Below are positions 53,371-64,000 of a DNA stretch of 64,000 nucleotides, piece after piece. The notes beneath the pieces are model-generated. The model saw only the letters and a list, made by a program, of their open reading frames with translations. It searched no databases and was not told the DNA's origin. The stretch comes from Octopus vulgaris (taxonomy: Eukaryota). The DNA lies in assembly GCA_951406725.2 (NCBI GenBank), contig OX597823.1:98394001-98458000 (forward strand). The letters run 5' to 3'. Both the position numbers and the translations under genes were made by a program. Position 1 is the stretch's first letter, and every line of letters begins with the position of its first letter.

Positions 53371-55529
53371 GCCACAAACCATTAATAATATTTCTTCCCT
53401 AGAACTACACCAAATGGAATAATGGTTTTTTTCATCACCCTCTGATTCCTGAGTGATGAGTAAAAAATATTGACTCATTGAAATTCAAACAATTTTTGTT
53501 GCTGTTGTTGTTGTTTGCTGATTATCTGTCTCACTCAATTTTAGAAGTTTCTTGATCTATTATCCATAATTACTCTGCATAATAGATTAATTGCTCGGAG
53601 CTTTTGCTGACATGGCCATCGAATTTCCATGTTCTCTTGCCATTTCTTCTAGTTAGTTATACTTGAGCACTGTCATCTTAAAGTACTTTCATAAGAATTT
53701 CAGAGAATGTTTTCTGTTTCTTTGTCACTTTTGTTGAACTCAAAAGCAGTCAGGGGATATTTTCTATAATGTTCTCTATCACTTCGATCACTATTACTAT
53801 ACAGACACCAATTTCAGCTATGATTTCAATTGAGTCAGAAAAGATCAATTTTATACAATCAGTGAACCAGTCAGTTGATAATAGTAGCCAAATTCTTCCC
53901 TAAAGAAATATCTTAAGTCTTATATTGTAGAACAATAAACACAATACTAAAGGCATTTTAAACATAGATATAAATCTCATAGGTATAAAGTTCCTATTTA
54001 AATCAATTGTTGGATAAAGATTTTCTAAATGTTCAATATACAGCTGTACCTGACTAGAGACAGACCATCAATAGCAATAACAAAAACCATAATAAAACCA
54101 CTAAAGATTTTATAACACCCAGGATTACTCTTGGTGAAGGATTCAAGGAATATCATTTACCACTGATTATGGATTCTTACTGCTGGGGACTCCTGATTTA
54201 AAAAAAATATTTACTATTAATTCCTCCTATTAATACAAGAATGTGAGGGAACAATATAGTGATTGAATGAAACCCAGTTTATGACTAGTACTGGTGAAAT
54301 GAGAGGTAAAGTTGGATTTGGTATGGTTTGAACTTCAAATATAAATGGTGTGATACTTAGTACTTCAAGACAGTAGTTCTGAAACTCATTTTGTCACAGA
54401 ACTCTTATATGATTTTCCAGTATTGTGGAACATATGCTTATATTTTCTGATTACCCACCCCTAATGTTAATGAAACAAAAATAGTTTCTGAGAGTTTTGA
54501 AATAATGGATACCATTTTTTTCCCATAAAATGAATTTTTATTAAAAGAATCCTTTTTTATAGAACCCTAAAATTTTTCACAAAGCTGTGGGGTTCCTTGG
54601 AATTTACTTTGCAAAATACTGCACTTAGACATTTAGGCTACAGTTTTAAAAAAATTTCTTTTAGAAATAACTACATGGAATTTTCCTGATATCTTTGCAG
54701 AATCTGCATGCTAGCCACAACTGGACTGCCACTAAACATCTACTTGATCAGGACTGACCTTGGGCTAAATGATATAATAGCAATACCATTATCATATTGC
54801 TTTATTAGTGCTTAAGCCATCATCATTCCCTGCTTTAGTTATGGATATGCTCACTCCACCAAATTTGGGGCCAAAACATGTTTCCCAACATAAAAAAAAA
54901 GTTGTTTGAAAGCAAACTGGATGGAATATCTCTAGAACAAACCAGACTGATCTCCTCTGGCAAACTGCATCTTTTCTCTTCTTCACATTTCCTCTTCATA
55001 TGCTATGATTATCTCATACTCCCCAACCCCGTTCTCACTGCCCTGTTCACTGTATCATTGCTATCTCCACCCCCCTCTGTATACCCAGGTTCTTACTAGT
55101 CACTGAATTCCCCACCCCCTACTCGCACCTTTCTTGACAATACCCTGCTGCATATATTATGACCTCCACACCTTGAGGGTATGACCTGGCACTTCCTTAC
55201 TCTATCATGCCATCTATGTTCTGATCCCCATTCCTTGTGAGTATACCCTGACACTTTGCCACCATCTCTTTCCTACTCTCTCTTGCACTCTTACTGTCTC
55301 CCACTCTCTCTCTTTCTCTCTCCCTCTCTCTCTTTCCCTTGCTCTCCCTTCTGGCTGGGTAACCATGTATCCCCTCTACAGCACCTCACCTGTTTCTACC
55401 CTCATTCTTGATCACTCTCCCCATTCCCCCTTTACAACAGCACACCTGTTTCTGTCTCTCTGTCACACTAACCTTTCATCATGTGACACAACATCCCCTC
55501 CTCCAATGCCCTCCTCTCCTCTCAAAGGT

Positions 55530-55981
55530 TCTTTGTCTTGCAAGTTACTTGGTGTCTCTGCTGGTGTTGGTGCCATTTAAAAGCATCCAGACCACACTGT
55601 AAAGTGGTTGGCATTTGGAAGGGCATCCAGCAGTAAAAACCAAGCCAAAATTGACCTCACCTGTGCTGGTGCCAGATAAAAAGCACTGTCCATCTGCAGG
55701 GTGGTTGGTGTTAGGATCACATGACTTGGATTCCTACAACATTAGAATGAAGCTGGATAACTGAAACTGTAAAAGTATTTTCCCCATGTAAAAACCACCC
55801 ACTACACTCTCGGAGTGGTTGGTGTTAGGAAGGGCATCCAACTGTAGAAACTCTGCCAGATCAGATTGGAGTCTGGTGCAGCTATCTGGTTCACCAGACC
55901 TCAGTCAAATCGTCTAAACCATGCTAGCATGGAAAGCGGACGTAAACAATGATGATGGTGATGATGATGATGATGATGATG
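55530..55981 (+). mobile_element. Stacked RTE family A-related 3'-end copies with a (GAT)n tail
   Basis: The gtggttgg..ttagga motif recurs three times; youngest copy 55785-55981. Confidence 0.8.
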
Positions 55982-58900
55982 AGTTAAGAATTTTTGAAGA
56001 TACATGGTAAACTGTAAATTGTAGAAATTAGAACTTCCTTAATGTTATCTTTTAATATAAGCATATATGTTTAATTCACTCATGCTGAGTGCTAGTCAAG
56101 TTAAAAAAATATGTAGGTTCTTATAATAGTAATTTTAACCCTTTGAACATGAAACCTATAGACAAAGCCATTATTATGAGGGACCAAAAAAGATAAGGGT
56201 GTTATTATTTTCTGAAAAAGAAAAAGAATATCTGAATCTCAGCATAAAGAGAAAGGCTCTTCTTGTTAGCCTGGTTGTCTTCTAAGGCATTTTTCTTTGG
56301 TTATTTTTAAAAAACAAAATTCCTAGCATTTAATTTTAAAATACCAATTAACGTTGAAAGATTATTATTATTATTTCTTAAGTGGTGGATGTCAGAATCA
56401 TTTAAGCATTAAACGAATGGTATTTGTTCTGGTTCTTTGCATTTTGAGTTCAAATCCTGCTGAGGTCAACTTTGCCTTTCATCTTTCTGGAATCAGTAAA
56501 ATTAGTAGCAATCAGGTACTGGGGTTAGAATACAATATAATCAACCCAAACATTTTCTAACTGTGTGCCTACGCAACAAATCATCATCATCATCATCATC
56601 ATTATTACTGTTTTTAATTTAGAAAGCCTTATTGTTATAACTATTACTATTGAACTGCTGCTGCATTTCATGGGGGGTAAAAAACACATCTATTAATATT
56701 CTTCTTCAGGAATTGAATAAAAAAAAATATGTCAACAAATAAATCTATGGATTGGTTATTTAAGAAGAATGTTTCCAAGTGCTATCAAAGCACAAGAAAA
56801 TCTTTTATTCAATGAATTCCTCCAAGATATGTAGCAATAGTGAATAGTGATAGTTTCAAAGAGATAGATAGAAAGAGAGAGAGAGAGCGAGAGAGAGAGA
56901 GAAAGAGAAAGAGAGCTCTTATCAATTGATTTATGATTTTTGCAATATCTGTTTTATTTTATTTTTCTTATGAGATTTGATGAATCTGTAAGGTAAAAAA
57001 TAAAAGTAAGAATACAGGAGAATCTGTGCAGTTAACTCTGTTGGATATTTTGTCCTGGTATATTTATTTGTTTCATTACTAAGGGGAAAAATGTTTTGTT
57101 TTTGAACTTGCAAATTAATCTAGATCTACCTCTTCTGATCCAGATCTCTTCATTTATTTTATAATCTTGGTCATATAAATGTGTAGGAAATGTAAGAAAA
57201 ATCGTATCATTAAATGAACCTCTGAATCTTGCATTGTGTATTGCATTTCTTTTGAGTTGCTTCTGATGGGAAAAAGATGAGGTTTGTAGCCCTGGAACCA
57301 CCCTGTTTTGAAAGACAGGAATTAAATTTATCTCTTTCTTAATCGGATGTTGAAAAATCAGTAGAATTATATTAGGCAAAATAAAATGAAATTAGCTGGA
57401 AATAGAAGTCAAGAAAGTTATGTAACTAAAGTAATTATAACAGTAATGATTTCTAATTTCAGCAAATGATCATAGACATTCAGGGAATAAGTGTTATCGA
57501 TTAAATCACCAAGTACATTATTGGTACATACTTTATCAATCATGGAAAGATGAAAGGAAAAATCAACCCCTGGAGATTTAAGCTTGGAATACAAAGAACC
57601 TAAAGGGATTTAAACATATACTACAAACCATTAATGGCACTCTACATCACTCTAACTAAAATAATATCAATACAAGTACTATACTTAGTTGGACAAGAGA
57701 CCCAATATTTTTGTACTTTTAAGCAAACTACATTTTAGTTGGTATATTTTTTTGGCCAATTTCAGGTGTCATTATTTTTGAATACATTTATTTATTTCAG
57801 TTGAGATTCTAAATGGGGATTCTATGGGAACAGTATGTACAATGTCACACAAGTGTTTCAACACCATTTCCCTGCTAAGGTTGGGACAAGTCTTGCAGGA
57901 CCGTCTGATGTTATTCCCCATTTTGCCCTATCCCCTATTTCCTTTCTCACATACCCATTTACTCTCATTTCTTCTCCCATCATCTTTTGCCATGTCTCTT
58001 TTAGTGTCTTCTTCCTTTATTTTCTTCTGCATTCATTTCTATCATTTCTCTCACCCCATCATTTTTGTCCTTCAGCACATGATTCAGCAATCTCATCTTG
58101 TTTCTCTTCACAATACGCATCATGGGCTCAGTTTTCATCATTCTCAGCAATTATTGTACAATATTTATTTTATTTAACCTCTGAAAGATAAATTAATGCC
58201 TGACAGAATTTGAACTCTGAACAAGACATGTAACTAAATAAGGCAAAGTATTCAGTTCGACATTGTACACATTTTGTAAACAAGAAATCCCCAGCTAATC
58301 AAAATTATTCTTGTAGCCATATATTTCAGAAAGACAGACTTGTAATTAATGATATCTTCCATATTTGTTGATTTAGTTATTTGGCAGAATGATCAGTGAT
58401 AATGAATTCATTTCTCTTTACCTATCTTGATTGTGACCTGTCTGATCTCACGTAGACACACAGCAAGATCAGATTTTAAAACCAATTTCTGCCTGCATAT
58501 GAAAATTGTTTGAATGATTAATCTTTAAAGTTTTACACTCCAAGAAAAATTTCTAGAACTATATTTGAACAAACTTGATATAAAATTTATCCAAAACATA
58601 CCATTCTGGACATCTGAGAGTAATAAAGCAAATATTGGGAAAATATAAAATATGCTTCATTTCTTGGTGACCACTCATCTTAGATTTCTAAGTAGACAAC
58701 TATAAAAACTAATCACACACCACACACATATATTTAAATAATGTCTACCTTAAGTACACCTTCATGTCTACATTAGAATATAATTTGTTTACTGTATCAA
58801 ATTTGATGAATTACTAGTCTGAGTTATAATCCTGTCGAAGGTAACTTTTCCTTTTACCTCTTTACGGTAGTATAATAAATCCCTTTAAAACACTGATGCT

Positions 58901-59084
58901 GATTCCAATAGTTCCATCTTATTTTCCCTTTTAAAAAGTTATTATTTCTAGCTTTGTTGTTCAGATCTCAACATTGGCATCAAGTTGTGTGCTTGGACAA
59001 GGTACATAAATTTACTTTCCCCAAAACAATGATTTAATAGCCTCTTCCAGGTTTCAAATTCAGTCAACTGACATTTATACATAC

Positions 59085-59240
59085 AGGCATAGCTGTGCAG
59101 TTGAGAAGTTTCTCAACCAATATGGTTTTAGGTTCAGCCCCACTTTGTGACACTCTGGGCAGTTGATTTTTTAAATATAGTTGAACAACACCTTGCAAGG
59201 GAATTGGGTAAATGGAAAATAAAAGAAACTTGTCATATAT
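59085..59240 (+). mobile_element. Decayed SINE family C head
   Basis: ggttcagcccc B-box-like motif and ctgggcagtt core. Confidence 0.5.
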
Positions 59241-60695
59241 GTATACGTATGTGTGTGTGTAAAGGTTTACAAAACTATGCTGAATTATGACTACAAACAG
59301 TGATGTCACCATTTGCAGCTCAGCTGCAATCATTGATGTCTTTTGACATTTTTCTCTCAACAAATCATCTGCTAGTTTTGTGCTTTTGAGTAAAATTCCT
59401 TTGCTTGAAGAACATGTAATAGTTGGCGACAAGAAGAATGTCCAGCCATAAAAAGCACACTACAATTTCCTCCTGCCTAAGCCATACTAGCATGCTAAAC
59501 TAAATGAATGGGTGAATAAATAATATGCAAATGACCTTGAAAGGTTAAAAGAAGACATTACTAATTTATGCCAATAAAATATAATTAACTCTTCGACAAA
59601 TCTTTGGAAACTACTTAATTTTTTTTTCAAATGATCACATTAAATTTATTGACCCCCCCTCCAAGTTTAGTTTTATATATTTTCTCCCCAATATCTAAAA
59701 GATGCACAAGTTGAATAGGTTTATTATATCATCTCTGTTCTAGTTCTTAGTTGTTAAATGATATGACTTAGAATCATAGAATCAACTAAGGACAATAATA
59801 GTGATGAAAGTTGATGCTGTGAACCCATTATTTCACTGTGAATATGGAAAAAACAGATGTAGAAATATGATGGCAATAATTGTGACAGTGATTGATGTAC
59901 ACCGGGGCCCAAATTTAAATTGATTCTTGAAAATTTCTGAATACCACTGCATGATTTATGTAGTTTGAAATTTTTTTGATAGTTTGTATGTTTTTAGTAT
60001 TGTTGCAGATTTTCATGTCAGCCATGTTGGTCATAGATTTTGGCATATTTCTGGTCTAATGTATGAAACACTTATTTTATCAAAGGTTACTAATAGCTAT
60101 GTCTACATAATTGTGATCAATTACATTGCACTGGTAAAGAAAAATGTCAATATCTGATCCGAGTACTGAGAAAAGTAGAATTCATAGTTACTTGGTGGTT
60201 GATGATTTCCAGGTTATTGATCTGAAAAGCAAGAAATAATTATTGAAGAGTTTAACTGAATATGGAGCATTTTGAGATATTGGGGAGAAAATAAATAAAA
60301 CTAAACTTGGAGTGGTGGGGGGAATCAATAAATTTAATGTGATCATTTGAAAAAAAAATGAAATTAAAATGTTTATGAAAAAGAATTTAAACATATAAAA
60401 ATAATTGCATTCTATATTGGTTAAGATTGATTTAGTATGTTATTTATATAATCCTTTTTTTGAAAATATCTTTATCAAAAGTCATTTCAGAATTTAACAA
60501 TTTTCCACAATGCATAGAATCTTGTCTGTCTTAGTGAACTTATATAATTACATTCGTTACATTTACAAAATTATGGAGTGATTTTACACGTCTTAAGAGA
60601 TTCTGCATGGGTGAGAATGACGAGAGGCAATTTGATCTATTAGGAAAGAAAACCGAGTATTGTGACATAAATCAGATTGTGTATTTTTATTATTA

Positions 60696-60742
<47 letters not shown>

Positions 60743-61802
60743 GTGTGTGCTTGTGTATGTATGTATGTATGTGTGCATGTGTGTGTACGTGTGTGTGTGT
60801 ACATAGTTTCGCACATCACCTGTACTTGATGTGTATATTTTTAGTTAGATGGTAGCATGTAAATTTTTGGTAGAGAAGCTAGCTTCATGTTGCATTTTTA
60901 AGACAAAAAAAATGTAATTGATGTATTTTTGCATATTGCCGTTTGATAGATAAAACAAAGCTACCTGTGTAAATGTGGTTCATAAGAACTGCTGTATAAT
61001 GTTTTATTCAAAGAGCTAAGAGTGAATGAGTAAACACTTTAATAAAAACTTCAGATTCTGATGTTCATCATCAAGACACTAATCTTCTTAGTCTTCCCAG
61101 TTTTAGCATTGACTCTGGAATCCTTTGCTAAAATCCTGAGAGATCTCCTCACTTTTGAATGGGAAATTAAGACTTTATTGAAGTTAGAGTTAGTCAAGTA
61201 TAAAGTTGAAGGTGGTATCCTCCCATCCTTACAAGATCTAAATGGTGCAGTTAATAAGTTTACTAGAGGTATTATAAGATCTTTGAAAAACTCAGAATTA
61301 ATCAACGCTTTAAAATTCAATGAAGGTATTTCTGAATAAAATCTTTGGTTTATTGAAGGTATTAGTTAACTATTTAATATTGTTGTTCTAATCAATGTAG
61401 AGCTTAGAGCCAGTGAAATAATTGTGATTAGAGAATTTTCAAGAATTGTTTTTGTTGCTAATAAAAGAATTGTCTTTAACGAGAAACCAGGTTGTATCAG
61501 AATTGGATATTGGAAAGAAAAGGTTTTAGGAGCTGGAGGAGAATGTGCACAATCCATAGGAGTTGTATTATCTTCTGAAAAAGCTTAAGCAAAAATGACC
61601 ATTAAAGATAGATGTGTAATGGAAGTATATAAGTTGACTGAAAAGGTGTTGAAAGTGTGAGGAGATTTGGAGAAAGTTATTTAAATCTGATGTGAAACTG
61701 TTGGGCCTCAATAGTAATAAATGTTGAGAGTAAATAAAAAAAAGGTCAGTTATTTTAACCCTTTCAATACTGACCCAACTGAGATCACTTCTGGGACCTT
61801 CT

Positions 61803-62034
61803 TATTTCTTTATTGCCCACAAGGGCTAAACATAAAGGAGACAAACAAGGACAGACAAAGGGATCAAGTCAATTACATCGACTCCAGTGCATAACTGGTA
61901 CTTAATTTATCAACCCCGAAAGGATGAAAGGCAAAGTTGACCTCGGCAGAATTTGAACTCAGAACGTAACAGTTGATGAAATACTGCTAAGCATTTCTCC
62001 CAGCATGCTAATGATTCTGCCAGCTCGCCGCCTT
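61803..62034 (-). mobile_element. SINE family M with a 17-bp TSD
   Basis: cacttctgggaccttct at 61786-61802 and 62036-62052; inserted just inside a ttaa|ccctttc MITE-like end at ~61755. Confidence 0.9.
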
Positions 62035-64000
62035 ACACTTCTGGGACCTTCTATCATGTGAAACTTCTAATTTTTAAAGTGTTTATATTTAAATTTAAAC
62101 CTTCAAAACTTCAGTCTAATCAATAATGAAAGAAGTTAATTATTCTACATCCATCCTCCAAATTCTCAATTATTTTGTAAATGAATTAAAATACATCCAT
62201 ATCACTCATTTTTATTACCTTTCTGCCATTATCATCCTTATATTATCACCCTATTTTCTTCATCTCATTCTTATTTTTTTCTCATCCTTTTATTTAAACT
62301 CACAAAAACATTTGTCTTGAAAGAATAGTAACTACATAGAATTCAGAGGAGTTTTGCGAGGCATACAGTAGTGTCTTTAGTAGCGGTGCCATGATAAAAT
62401 TCACCTCTGAAAAGTGATTGGTAATTCAATGGAAACAGTATAACGTACAGTGGACTCTTTAGTTGTGCTGAGGACTTGACAACTTCTCTAGTGTTGGTAC
62501 CACAATAAAATGGTTAATATTAAAAATGTTCAGTCATGAAACCATAACAAAAACAGAATATACAAGCTAGACATGTTGCCCTACCCCTCCTAGGAATGCA
62601 GTATTTCTGAATAAGAACTGATTTGAACCCTGATCCATCCGGTTCATGCTGACAGGGAAAGTGGAAGTAAAACTATGTTGCAGGTGTCAACAAGAATGAC
62701 AGTAAATGCATTTCCTTGAAAAAATGGTCATAGAGGAGTTAAACAAATTCACTGTATATATATCTATATATGATACACTCATAAAAACATACACCAAATA
62801 ATTGCATATTTGCAACTTTATGTGTCAGATATAATGTCATGTCTTCAAATAATATGAGTGTAATTCAGATTCCTCGATCTTTATGAATTTATTTGTTAAT
62901 AGTTTTAAAAAAGTAATTACTTGCTTTTCCTTGATGTTTGATTTCACAAACATGCAATATAGCAGCATTAAAAAAACAACAACATAAAAAAGGACAATTT
63001 GGTTATTTGGCCATTTGTGTCTTCATGCATTTTGTTAAAGACTGAAATTTTCAGTTTTCAACATCTTTTGATCAACTGAAGTCTCATGTCTATGACAGAC
63101 ATCAATATATTATTTAGATCGAATGTGATAATATTTGGGATAATTTATCTATTGGCAATATTTAAAAGCTAAATTCAAACCATCTCTATAACTTTGTGCA
63201 TAAATGTAGGTGTTCTACATGTGCAAAGACAAGTGCACATGCACAAACACGCAAACAACACACACACACACATACACATTCATTTTTTAATACTTTCTGA
63301 CTATAATTTATGTTAATACTGTGAAAACATTTACAAGTCAGAAGTTGGGGATGAATGACAAAAACATTTATAAACTAGAAACGTTCGAGCAGCTGACTGT
63401 TTCTATTCTACAGTGGCTTCCCTTAGCAAATGTGTATCATGTAAGATGTGTTAGTTAAAAGTTGAACATTAAATGATTTAAATGGAGTTAATTTAATTTC
63501 TAAATACGTTTTCTTGTTAATTTCATATACACAGGAAAATAAGAGTTTTATATGACAAAAATGTGGATAGTTTTTCAAGAACAAAGCCTTCTAATTTCAA
63601 GATATTGAAAAGAAAAATGAAACCAGTTTAAATCAGTGATTCTTAACTTGGATAATAGTGTCCTTTTGAGGTCATTGTGAGTTCAAAGAGGTAGCAAATG
63701 TCCATGAGGTGTTATGTTATTTAGAGGGAGCATGACTGTTTTTAGAGACAAAATATTTAAACTAGGAACAATTTCAAATACATCTTCAAAAAGAATATTT
63801 GTTTGGATTAGAATATGAAGTGAGAATAGTGTTATCAGTGAGCAGCAAACAGGGCTACCGATGTACCAAGGTCCTTCTATACTTCCATTTTTATGTCCTT
63901 AACTTTTTAAGTAATTTCCATAAATACCTAACACAGGTGCACTAACCAATTCAAATATCTAAACAGAGGCATGTGCTGGATGGGGAATTATAGGAAAATA

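Noticed and set aside
60585-60670. Possible eroded hammerhead near a TA tract
   Set aside because: No intact CUGANGA and no consistent stems.

Overview
AT-rich animal genomic DNA with a very high microsatellite load. The SINE/LINE families and the (TA)n/(CA)n density suggest an octopus (coleoid cephalopod); this is an inference. Almost all entries in the ORF track are microsatellite or minisatellite artefacts. The first ~19 kb is a chain of mobile elements separated by (TA)n/(CA)n tracts: a Penelope-like RT fragment, a CR1/L2-group LINE, a head-to-tail Helitron dimer, a non-coding 540-bp-period element with a hammerhead ribozyme, two different RTE LINEs (one with a PHD-like finger inserted in the RT), and a satellite-like array built from an RTE 3' UTR. 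A 2.2-kb 20/21-mer minisatellite follows. The rest looks like large introns and 3' flank of a + strand host gene, with candidate exons at 25080-25204 and 46681-46763. It holds many SINEs, decayed Tc1/mariner transposases and TTAA MITEs. Most notable: six sequence-unrelated type-I hammerhead or hammerhead-like motifs in Penelope/retrozyme-like contexts, a SINE that shares its 3' end with an RTE LINE in the same window, and a 3' tail motif shared by LINEs of two different clades.
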